64,000 nt of DNA. Origin: Mobula hypostoma. Lineage: Eukaryota. The notes under the pieces were generated by a model, which had not been told where the DNA came from, did not search any database, and saw only the letters and a program-made list of their open reading frames with translations. Within the stretch, counting starts at the first letter, position 1. Each line of letters starts with the position of its first letter. Positions 15,001 to 26,200 of this stretch are shown here, one piece after another. The stretch is from assembly GCF_963921235.1 (NCBI RefSeq), contig NC_086108.1:117244001-117308000 (forward strand), written 5' to 3'. A program made the position numbers and the translations under genes.

Positions 15001-16107
15001 CGGTGTCAGTGAACCACAGAGTGAACAGGTGGACACGGTGTCAGTGAACCACAGAGTGGACAGGTGGACACGGTGTCAGTGAATCACAGAGTGGACAGGT
15101 GGACAGGGTGTCAGTGAACCACAGAGTGGACAGGCGGACACGGTGTCAGTGAACCACAGAGTGGACAGGTGGACACGGTGTCAGTGAACCACAGAGTGGA
15201 CAGGTGGATGGTGTGTCAGTGAACCACAGAGTGGACAGGTGGACGGGCTGTCAGTGATCCACAGAGTGGACAGGTGGACACGGTGTCAGTGAACCACAGA
15301 GTGGACAGGTGGACACGGTGTCAGTGAACCACAGCGTGGACAGGTGGACGGGGTGTCAGTGTATCACAGAGTGGACAGGTGGACGGGGTGAAAGTTAACC
15401 ACAGAGTGGACAGGTGGACACGGTGTCAGTGAACCACAGAGTGGACAGCTGGACACGGTTTAAGTGAACCACAGAGTGGAGAGGTGGACGGGGTGTCAGT
15501 GAACCACAGAGTGGACAGGTGGACACGGCGTCAGTGAACCACAGAGTGGACAGGTGGACACGGTGTCAGTGAACCACAGAGTGGACAGGTGGACACGGTG
15601 TCAGTGAACTACAGAGTGGACAGGTGGACACGGTGTCAGTGAACCACAGAGTGGACAGGTGGACACGGTGTCAGTAAACCACAGAGCGGACAGGTGGACG
15701 GGGTGTCAATGAACCACAGAGTGGACAGGTGGACGGGCTGTCACTGAACCACAGAGTGGACAGGTGGACACGGTGTCAGTGAACCACAGAGTGGACAGGT
15801 GGACGGGGTGTCAGTGAACCACAGAGTGGACAGGTGGACGGGGTGTCAGTGAACCACAGAGTGGACAGTTGGACACGGTGTCAGTGAATCACAGAGTGGA
15901 CAGGTGGACACGGTGTCAGTGAACCACAGAGTGGAGAGGTGGACGGGGTGTCAGTGAACCACAGAGTGGACAGGTGGACAGGTGGACGGGGTGTCAGTGA
16001 ACCACAGAGTGGACAGGTGGACAGGGTGTCAGTGAACCATAGAGTGGACAGGTGGACGGGGCGTCAGTGAACCACGGAGTGGACAGGTGGACACGGTGTC
16101 AGTGAAC
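1..16107. repeat. 35-bp tandem satellite array, about 460 copies, open at the window's left edge; consensus GTGTCAGTGAACCACAGAGTGGACAGGTGGACACG (major variant ends GGACGGG)
   Basis: A 35-bp period is directly visible, with occasional 34-bp and 25-bp deletion monomers. The array ends sharply at ...TCAGTGAACC|TGCTGCCC (16107/16108). Confidence 0.99.
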
Positions 16108-18274
16108 CTGCTGCCCAGAACTGCCTGTTGCAACACCTTCTACAGGTGCCCAATGTACAGGGGAAGCACCCCTACATAAAGAGATTTCCACTGGGGACCT
16201 CCTCCATTTCCAAATGGTTAGAGTCCGGTCGGCAGACGAAGGCAGGAAGTGAAAGGTGTACAGGAGCAGCCCGTACAAGAAGCGCTTCAGAGCATCACGG
16301 ATCAGTATGGTGGGCATCTCCACAAGACAGCTCACATTGTGCGGGACCCTCTCCCACGTGCATCCCGAGGCCCGGGTCCGACGAGCACTTCCAGGCCATC
16401 AAGTGTTGGTGCAGCCAGAACCCCTCCACTTCCCCTAGCCCCCAATAGGATGGGGATCCATTCCCCTCACAGCGAGAACACCACCTCCAGCCAATGTAGG
16501 AACACCCTGTCTGGATGATACTAGACCACAAGCCCTCAAAAGCTCTCGGTAAAACCAAGACAGTTTTCTCAGTGGTGTGGCTGATGCTGGCCACTGAAAG
16601 CCACGTACCCTTCTGCAGGCAGTGTCCCTGGAGGAGAAGGGGCATCGCCAGCCCTTATACCCCGGAGGGCGGTCACAGTACGGGTATCTCTGCAGGGTCC
16701 TGAGGCAGAGAGCTGTCAGCCCATGCCACCCCGGAGGGCGGTCACAGTACGGGTATCTCTGCAGGGTCCTGAGGTGGAGAGCTGCCAGCTGGGTGTGCAC
16801 AGACACCAATGACTGACCGCCCTCTGCGATCGGAGAGTCAGGGCCGCTCCAGAGACCCAATGCCTCCAATTTCCCCAGAAGAAGTCCACCAGCCTCTTCT
16901 GGGCCCTGGAGACAAAAGAAATGAGCTGGACTAAAGTAACCAGCCAGTACCATATCATGGAGGCGACCAGCTGACTTATAATTAATCAGCCAATAATCGG
17001 TATTCAGCAGGTACCACATCATGGGAGCGACCAGCTGACTTATAACTCATGTCCTTCCCCAGTTGAAGATCGCACGAAGGAGGCCTGACCACCATCCCAG
17101 CCGGGCAGACCTCTGTCTCCAAATCCCACTAGTTTGCTGGCCAGGCCTCCTCCATCGAACTCAAGTAGAGGAGATACGTGGTGCTCCACACAAACAGCTC
17201 AGCCGTCCAGAGGGAAGTCCACCTGGCATTGACTCACCAAGAGGCCCGCGTTCTTCTCCCAGTTGACCCACGCAGAGTGCGCGGCCGAGAAGGCCTGCTA
17301 GCATTCTCGCAACCTCTGCAAGTCAACCGGGTCGGTGATCATAAGGAAGGTGTCGTTGGCGGAAGTCGAAAGGCCGGCCTCCATGTCTGGTTCGCGTAGA
17401 AACAAACCCGTTAACCTCTTATGGAGAGGGCACAGGAATGGCTCCACGCAAACAGAGTACAGCAGTACCGACATGGGTCACCCCTGACGCCCCCCCCCCA
17501 AAGCACAAGGTCGCTGTCAGGGACCCATTAACCTTAACGAGGCACTCCACGGCAGTATACAGCAGCCGAACGCGGGTCACAAAATGTGGCCCGAGCTCAA
17601 ACACGCACAGAGTCCCTAAAACGTACTTGTGGCCCATCCTGACAAACAGCTTCTCTGGGTCGAGGGAGAGAGGAGCGACTGACAGACCAACCTCCCGGCA
17701 CAGGTAGATCAGATCCCGAACAGGGTGGATATTGTCCTGGATCGACCGCCCTGGGGCCGTGTAGGACTGGTCAGGGTGGACCACTACCACCAGCATGGAG
17801 CCCAGACAATTGGCCATCGCCCGGGCAAAGACCTTGTACTCCACACTGAGGAGGGATACTGGGTGTCAATCCACAGGCAACAGAGATCCCCCTTCTCTGG
17901 CAGCAGGGCCACGACTGCTCTCCATCAAGAGAGGGGCATCTGACGCGTCGCCATGATCTCCCCCAGTACCCCTGCATAATCAGCCCCTAGGAGAAATTCA
18001 ATGGTCAACCCATCCAGCCCTGGGGACTTGCCTCCCTGTAGCTGGTTGAGGGCACTGGCCAGCTCCACCAAAGATAGCGGGCACCTAGACAGTCAGCACC
18101 TCCAGGGCTGACCCTTGGCAAGTCCACCTACAGATCCTCCGTTCATCCTCCTGCACGGGTCCGGTGAGAAGAGAGCCTCATAAAAGGGATGCATTTCTGC
18201 AACAATTCTGGCAGATCGAGACTATGGAACCATGCTCTACCAGTGACTCCATGAGCTGCCTGCGGACACCCCTC

Positions 18275-18818
18275 CTATAGAACTATAGAACACTATAGCA
18301 CAGAAAACAGGCCGTTCGGCCCTTCTAGTCTGTGCAGAAACTTTATCCCGCTAGTCCCATTGACCTGCACCCAGTCCATAACCCTCCAGACCTCTCCCAT
18401 CCATGTATCCCTGTATTTAAGAATAAATTTATTCTTAAAACTTAAGAGTGGCCTGTATTTACCACATCAGATAGGCTCATTCCACACTCCCATCACTCTC
18501 TGAGTGAAGAAGTTCCCCCTAATGTTCCCCCAAACCTTTCCCCTTTCACCCTAAAGCCATGTCCTCTCATATTTATCTCTCCTAATCTAAGTGGAAAGCG
18601 CCTACCCACATTTACTCTGTCTATACCTCTCATAATTTTGTAAACCTCTATCAAATCACCCCTCATTCTTCTACGCACCAAGGAATAAAGTCCTAACCTG
18701 TTCAATCTTTCCCTGTAATTCAACTCCTGAAGACCCGGCAACATCCTAGTAAATCTCCTCGGCACTCTTTCGATCTTACTGACATCTTTCCTATAGTTAG
18801 GTGACCAGAACTGCACAC
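18275..18818 (-). mobile_element. CR1 LINE 3' fragment inserted in Tx1 ORF2
   Basis: ORF 18493-18816 reads QFWSPNYRKD...RRFTRMLPGL...RRRMRGDLIEVYKI. A CTATAGAA tail repeat sits at the left end. The Tx1 frame (...VFYS | RRGVRRQL) resumes on both sides. Confidence 0.9.
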
Positions 18819-19545
18819 AGAGAGTAGAAGACAGGCGAGGTGAGGTCCAGATCCTGCAGCAACTGGACCTACGACCTCACATAAGCACCTTGGGACCTCT
18901 TGGGGTGCAGATACCTCAGTGTCTCCTTCTGCCTCCAGTACTCATCCCAGAGGGGTTGGTCCCTATCGGTTGGCTCTCGCCGGGACCCTTTGTCGATCAG
19001 CTCCTTCACGAGCCGATCGATCCCGGACATCCACGCGCATATTCCTGGCAGGACAGTCAGATGTGAGCCTTGCCCGCATCCCACCAGGGCCTCAGGGAGG
19101 GGAATCTCCCCTGCTTCCAGAACTGCCGGAACGAATTACAGAGCCGGCCGTCCTCCAGCAGCCGGTTGTTGAAATGCCAGTACGCGGACCTCACCTGTGC
19201 GAGCAGCGCATTAAGGCTCATTAGTGCGTCACTTGTGCGTCAAATCGACGCCGTAGGTACGGCGAAGCCACGAACCCTGTGCACGCCTACGCGGATCCCT
19301 ACGCCGTAGCCTGACACGCACCTCTCCCAAAATGTAACTACGTGTCTTGGCAACGCAGACCGCAACAACTGCGATTGGTCCAATTGGTAGCATCGCATTT
19401 CCTCCTACGCTGCAATAGCTTCCCATTGGGTGACTGAAAGACAGGGAAGGAACTCTGGCTGCAATGCTTTCCATACAGCTTTACAGACCTCCGAAATTAT
19501 GGAGGACACATTTCGCTTTTACGAAAAAAGACGCTCACTTTTGAC

Positions 19546-20975
19546 GCACACGCATGCAGAACTCGTTGACTTTATTAACTTTGCCTCCAACTTTCACCCT
19601 GCCCTCAAGTTTACCTGGTCCATTTCCGACACCTCCCTCCCCTTTCTAGATCTTTCTGTCTCTGTCTCTGGAGACAGCTTATCCACTGATGTCTACTATA
19701 AGCCTACTGACTCTCACAGCTATCTGGACTATTCCTCTTCTCACCCTGTCTCTTGCAAAAACGCCATCCCCTTCTCGCAATTCCTCCGTCTCCGCCGCAT
19801 CTGCTCTCAGGATGAGGCTTTTCATTCTAGGACGAGGGAGATGTCTTCAATTTTTTAAAGAAAGGGACTTCCCTTCCTCCACTATCAACTCTGCTCTTAA
19901 ACGCATCTCCCTCATTTCACGTACATCTGCTCTCACTCCATCCTCCCACCACCCCACTAGGAATAGGGTTCCCCTGGTCCTCACCTACCACCCCACCAGC
20001 CTCCGGGTCCAACATATTATTCTCCGTAACTTCCGCCACCTCCAACGGGATCCCACCACTAAGCACATCTTTCCCTCCTCCCCTCTCTCTGCATTCCGCA
20101 GGGATCGCTCCCTACACAACTCCCTTGTCCATTCGTCCCCCCCCCCATCCCTCCCCACTGATCTCCCTCCTGGCACTTATCCGTGTAAGCGGAACAAGTG
20201 CTACACATGCCCTTACACTTCCTCCCTTACCACCATTCAGGGCCCCAAACAGTCCTTCCAGGTGAGGCATCACTTCACCTGTGAGTCGACTGGGGTGATA
20301 TACTGCGTCCGGTGCTCCCGATGTGGCCTTTTATATATTGGTGAGACCCGACGCAGACTGGGAGACCGCTTTGCTGAACATCTACGCTCTGTCCGCCAGA
20401 GAAAGCAGGATCTCCCAGTGGCCACACATTTTAATTCCACATCCCATTCCCATTCTGACATGTCTATCCACGGCCTCCTGTACTGTAAAGATGAAGCCAC
20501 ACTCAGGTTGGAGGAACAACACCTTATATTCCGTCTGGGTAGCCTCCAACCTGATGGCATGAACATTGACTTCTCTAACTTCCGCTAAGGCCCCACCTCC
20601 CCCTCGTACCCCATCTGTTACTCATTTTTATGCACACATTCTTTCTCTCACTCTCCTTTTTCTCCCTCTGTCCCTCTGAATATGCCTCTTGCCCATCCTC
20701 TGGGTCACCCCCCCCTTGTCTTTCTTCCCGGACCTCCTGTCCCATGATCCTCTCGTATCCCCTTTTGCCTATCACCTGTCCAGCTCTCGGCTCTATCCCT
20801 CCCTCTCCTGTCTTCTCCTATCATTTTGGATCTCCCCTTCCCCCTCCAACTTTCAAATCCCTTACCTCACTCTTCGTTCAGTTAGTCCTGACGAAGGGTC
20901 TCGACCTGAAACGTCGACTGCGCCTCTTCCTATAGATGCTGCTTGGCCTGCTGCGTTCACCAGCAACTTTGATGT
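19546..20975 (+). mobile_element. Penelope-like retroelement, 5'-truncated (RT C-terminus + GIY-YIG endonuclease + 3' pLTR region)
   Basis: ORF 19430-19858 contains LPFLDL...TDVYYKPTDSHSYLDYSSSHP. ORF 19689-20588 contains the GIY-YIG motif GVIYCVRCSRCGLLYIGETRRRLGDRFAEH...LQPDGMN. A hammerhead motif lies downstream. Confidence 0.92.
20884..20919 (+). ncRNA. Minimal type-I hammerhead ribozyme (Penelope-associated)
   Basis: AGTC-CTGACGA-AGGGTCTCGACCT-GAAA-CG-TC-GACT. It has the CUGANGA and GAAA core boxes, stem I AGUC/GACU, a stem II hairpin, a minimal palindromic stem III and a GUC cleavage triplet. Confidence 0.75.
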
Positions 20976-22044
20976 ACTGAGAAAGACTACCATGACCATG
21001 AAGCCTTGCACGGGCAGGTGTGTGCACATGCGCAATGTGTGAAAGCGTGACGTGCACATGCGTGTAGTGCCCGAATTGCAGAGCGACGCAAACACGCCAA
21101 CGCAAAGTATAAATGCTCGCAACGGCGTAGCCCACTTGCGTAGGCTAGGGCGACCAAGTATAAATCAGCCTTTAGGCAGTGCCCACACCCGGCGGTGGTC
21201 CGAGCAGGCACATGGCAGCATGGAGGCGGCCGACACCTGGGAGACGTGCGCCCTAGAGATGTAGGGTTGGTCGACCCGCGAGCCCCGAACCCCTCTGTAT
21301 TTCCTCGAGAAAACACAGAGGTCAGGGTAAAGGCTTCGCCAGATATCGACCAAGTCCTGTAACTTCCTCACCGAAGCTTAGCCACTCTGGGGACCAGTGC
21401 GATCCCTATTCTCGAGGGTGCAATTGAAATCACCCCCAGGATAAAGTACTTGCAATGCTGACACCTGCATCGGGCTGGGCTCAGGGGTGTACACATTGAC
21501 AAAGTGCATCGGTACGCCGTCCGGACGCACGGGAAGGTAAAGTAGATGGCCTGGCACGTGTTCCTGAACCTTCGTTATTTCCTATTGGAAAAAAGGGGCC
21601 AACAAGATGGCCACCCCACTAGAAGTGGAGCCGAGGTGGCTCATGTGGACCCCCCCCCCCGACCCCTCGCCACTCCAGGAGCTAGGTGGATTTGTCCCCA
21701 GAACGGTGTGGGTTCCTGCAGGAAGCTCACTGCATATCTCCTGTCCCGGAGGACAGAGAGATGATGAGATCTGTGGAGAGCACCCCCCACCATCGTTGAT
21801 GTTAAGGGTCGCGGCTTATTGAGACCCCTCACCAGAGCCCCTGGGAACAGGAGCAGAGCTTCCTTCGAGCCCTCGCTTGTCTTCACCCTGCAACTCTTCT
21901 CCAGGAACTCCAGGTGTCTCTTAAATTGCTGCCTCTCCTTACGGGTCACCTCAGATCCTCTCCCCTTCTTTTGGAGAATCGTGCAGATAAACTGAATGAC
22001 TTCTCCCGGACCTGGCCAACTGGGCCATGAAACTTTTTCGCCAA

Positions 22045-22847
22045 CACGAGGAATTCTGCAGATGCTGGAAATTCAAGCAACACACATCAAAGTTGCTTGT
22101 GAACGCAGCAGGCCAGGCAGCATCTCTAGGAAGAGGTACAGTCGACGTTTCGGGCCGAGACCCTTCGTCAGGACTAACTGAAGGAAGAGCTAGTAAGAGA
22201 TTTGAAAGTTGGAGGGGGAGGGGGAGATCCAAAATGATAGGAGAAGACAGGAGGGGGAGGGACGGAGCCAAGAGCCGGACAGGTGATTGGCAAAAGGGAT
22301 ACGAGAGGATCATGGGACAGGAGGCCCAGGGAGAAGGAAAAGGGGGAGGGGTGAAAAACAGGATGGGCAAGGGGTATAGTCAGAGGGACAGAGGGAGAAA
22401 AAGGAGAGTGAGAGAAAGAATGTGTGTATATAAATAAATAACGGATGGGGTACGAGGGGGAGGTGGGGTATTAGCGGAAGTTTGAGAAGTCAATGTTCAT
22501 GCCATCAGGTTGGAGGCTACCCAGACGGAATATAAGGTGTTGTTCCTCCAACCTGAGTGTGGCTTCATCTTTACAGTAGAGGAGGCCGTGGATAGACATG
22601 TCAGAATGGGAATGGGATGTAGAATTAAAATGTGTGGCCATTGGGAGATCCTGCTTTCTCTGGCGGACAGAGTGTAGGTGTTCAGCAAAACGATCTCCCA
22701 GTCTGCGCCAGGTCTCGCCAATATATAGAAGGCCACATCGGGAGCACTGGACGCAGTATTTCACCCCAGCTGACTCACTGGTGAAGTGTTGCCTCACCTG
22801 GAAGGACTGTCTGGGGCCCTGAATGGTGGTAAGGGAGGAAGTGTAAG
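22045..22847 (-). mobile_element. Penelope-like element 3' fragment (GIY-YIG + pLTR), same family as 19546-20975
   Basis: ORF 22471-22854 is nearly identical to the C-terminus of ORF 19689-20588 (...YIGETWRRLGDRFAEH...LQPDGMNIDFSNFR). Confidence 0.92.
22140..22175 (-). ncRNA. Minimal type-I hammerhead ribozyme (Penelope-associated), intact core
   Basis: The minus strand reads AGTC-CTGACGA-AGGGTCTCGGCCC-GAAA-CG-TC-GACT. Confidence 0.78.
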
Positions 22848-23275
22848 GCCTCACGAACTACTGGATCCCCTCCAGAGAGACAGGTTGTAACTTGCTGCTG
22901 GAGTCGAGCACATCTGTCATCTCAACCGTAAAAGAGTCCCTCTCTTCCCCATCACTGCATCCAATGATCTCACAGTCATCACCAAGCAGTCATTGTCTGA
23001 CCCAATGGGACCCTTACTCCTCACTGTGGCCCAACAGGAATCTTGTCCGCAGGCTCTACCCCATCCCCAGGGCCACTGACAGATGGTGACCCTGCCACCT
23101 CCGCATACACAATTACTCCCACATCCTGGATATGAGCTTGCTGGGCAGTACCCATCTCCACACCCTCGTCACCTTCCCTGCAAACAGCACGAGGAGAGTC
23201 CGCTCCCGCCTGACCCCTTGGGACACAGTCTCTCTGATTAGGGAAGGAGGAAGGCAGAAGAAAGGAAATTATAGA

Positions 23276-26200
23276 AATTGGATTCTCAATATTCCTGGAT
23301 TTCAGTGCTTTAAAAGGGATAGAGAGGGGGGGAAACGGGAGGAGGGGTGGCATTAGTGGTCAGGGATACTATTACAGCAACAGAAAGGGTGGGTAATGTA
23401 GCAGGATCCTCTTTTGAGTCAGTATGGGTGGAAGTCAGGAACAGGAAGGGAGTAGTTACTCTATTGGGGGTATTCTATAGGCCCCCTGGTAGCAGCAGAG
23501 ATACAGAGGAGCAGATTGGGAGGCAGATTTTGGAAAGGTGCAAAAATAAAAGGGTTGTTATCATGGGTGACTTTAACTTCCCTAATATTGATTGGCACCT
23601 CGTAAACACAAAATAAACTGCAGATGCTGTTGTCAAAGGGACACTCACAGTGCGCTGGAGGAACTCCATCCACCACAACAGACAGGATCTCCCAGTAGCC
23701 ACCCACTTCAACTCTGCTTCCCATTCCCATTCAGATATGTCCATACACGGCCTCCTCTACTGCCATGATGAGGCTAAGCTCAGGTTGAAGGAGCAACACC
23801 TCATATACCGTCTAGGTAGTCTCCAGCCCCTTGGTATGAACATAGAATTCTCCATCTTCCGGTAATTCCCTCCCCCTCCCTTCTTCTATCCCTATTTCAG
23901 ATCACCTCTTTCATAGTTCCGCCTCCTTCTACTACTGCACATTGTTCTCCTGCCAATCACCTCCCTCCTTCCCCTCCCCCACCCCTTTGTCTTTCAAATT
24001 ACCGTTTTTTTCAATTACCAGCATTCTTCAAACCCTCCCCAAAGTTCTTCCTTCAGTCCTGACAAAGGGTTTCGGCCCGAAACGTCCACTAATCTTTTCA
24101 ACTGATGCTGACTGACCTGCTGAGTTCCTCCAGCGCATTGTGAGTGTTCCATTGATTGGCACCTGTTCCAAGAGTTTAGATGGGGCAGAGTTTCTTAAGT
24201 GTGTCCAGGATGGATTCCTGTCACAGTATATAGACAGGCCGACTGGGGGAATGCCATATTAGATCTAGTACTAGGTAATGAACTGGGTCAGGTCACAGAT
24301 CTCTCAGTGGGTGAGCATCTGGGGGACAGTGACCACCGCTCCCTGGCCTTTAGCATTATCATGGAAAAGGATAGAATCAGAGAGGGCAGGAAAATTTTGA
24401 ATTGGGGAAGGGCAAATTATGAGGCTATAAGGCTAGAACTTGTGGGTGTGAATTGGGATGATGTTTTTGCAAGGAAATGTACTGTGGACGTGTGGTCGAT
24501 GTTTGGAGATCTCTTGCCGGATGTTAGGGATAAATTTGTCCCAGTGAGGAAGACAAAGAATGGTAGGGTGAAGGAACCATGGGTGACAAGTGAGGTGGCA
24601 AATCTAGTCAGGTGGAAGAAGGCAACATACATGAGGTTTAGGAAGCAAGTATCAGATGGGTCTATTGAGGAATATAGGGAAGCAAGAAAGGAGCTTAAGA
24701 AAGGGCTGAGAAGAGCAAGAAGGAGGGCTGAGAAGGCCTTGGCAAGTAGGATAAAGAAAAACACCAAGGCATTCTTCAATTATGTGAAGAACAGAAGGAT
24801 GACAGGAGTGAAGGTAGGACCAATTAGAGATAAAGGTGAGAAGACGTGCCTGGAGGCTGTGGAAGTGAGTGAGGTCCTCAGTGAATACTTCTGTTCGGTA
24901 TTCACCAATGAGAGGGAACTTGATGATGGTGAGGACAATATGAGTGAGGTTGATGTTCTGGAGCATGTTGATATTAAGGGAGAGGAGATGTTGGAGTTGT
25001 TAAAATACATTAGGACAGATAAGTCCCTGGGGCCTGACGGAATATTTCCCAGGCTGCTCCACGAGGTGAGGGAAGAGTTTGCTGAGCCTCTGGCTGGGAT
25101 CTTTATGTCCTCGTTGTACACGGGAATGGTACCGGAGGATTGGAGGGAGGCGAAAGTTGTCCCCTTGTTCGAAAAAGGTAGTAGGGATAGTCCGGGTAAT
25201 TATAGACCAGTGAGCCTTACATCTGTGGTGGGAAAGCTGTTGGAAAAGATTCTTAGAGATAGGATCTATGGGCATTTAGGGAATCATGGTCCGATCAGCG
25301 AGAGTCAGCATGGCTTTGTGAAGGGCAGATCTTGTCTAACAAGCCTGATAGAGTTCTTTGAGGAGGTGACCAGGCATATAGATGAGGATTGTGCAGTAGA
25401 TGTGACCTACGTGGATTTTAGTAAGGCATTTGACAAGGTTCCACATGGTAGGCTTATTCAGAAAGTCAGAAGGCATGGGTCCCAGGGAAGTTTGGCCAGG
25501 TGGATTCAGAATTGGCTTGCCTGCAGAAGGCAGGGGGTGGTGGTGGAGGGAGTGCATTCAGATTGGAGGATTGTGACTAGTGGTGTCCCACAAGGATCTG
25601 TTCTGGGACCTCTACTTTTCGTGATTTTTATTAACGACCTGGATGTGGGTGTAAAAGGGTGGGTTGGCAAGTTTGCAGACGACACAAAGGTTGGTGGTGT
25701 TGTAGATAGTGTAGAGGATTGTCGAAGATTGCAGAGAGATATTGATAGGATGCAGAAGTGGGCTGAGAAGTGGCAGATGGAGTTCAACCTTGAGAAGTGT
25801 GAGGTGGTACACTTTGGAAGGACAAACTCCAAGGCAGAGTACAAAGTAAATGGCAGGATACTTGGTAGTGTGGAGGAGCAGGCGAATCTCGGGGTACATG
25901 TCCACAGATCCCTGAAAGTTGCCTCACAGGTGGATAAGGTAGTTAAGAAAGCTTACGGGGTGTTAGCTTTCATAAGTCGAGTGATAGACTTTAAGAGTCG
26001 TGATGTAATGGTGCAGCTCTATAAAACTCTGGTTAGGCCACACTTGGAGTACTGTGTCCAGTTCTGCTCGCCTCACTATAGGAAGGATGTGGAGGCATTG
26101 GAAAGGGTACAGAGGAGATTTACCAGGATGCTGCCTGGTTTAGAGAGTATGGATTATGATCAGAGATTAAGGGAGCTAGAGCTTTACTCTTTGGAGAGAA

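Larger units (their letters stand above)
19214..21171. mobile_element. Non-autonomous DNA transposon (MITE), PIF/Harbinger-like, with a Penelope inserted inside it
   Basis: Terminal inverted repeats AGGCTCATT (19214) and AATCAGCCT (ending 21171). A TTA target duplication lies at 19211-19213 and 21172-21174; a 3-bp TWA duplication is typical of PIF/Harbinger. Tx1 endonuclease sequence flanks both sides. Confidence 0.75.
16073..21820 (-). pseudogene. Tx1 ORF2 remnant (APE endonuclease + RT + C-terminal zf-RVT), frameshifted and interrupted
   Basis: Motifs as listed for the Tx1 element. It carries stops and frameshifts, and is interrupted at ~18275-18818 and 19214-21171. Confidence 0.85.

Noticed and set aside
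1..16107. CRISPR-like array (35-bp repeats)
   Set aside because: The units are head-to-tail with no unique spacers, there are no cas genes, and the context is a vertebrate intron.
1..16107. Centromeric or telomeric satellite
   Set aside because: There is no TTAGGG, and the array is contiguous with a LINE inside a gene intron. Nothing in the sequence supports a centromeric role, although it cannot be excluded without the wider context.
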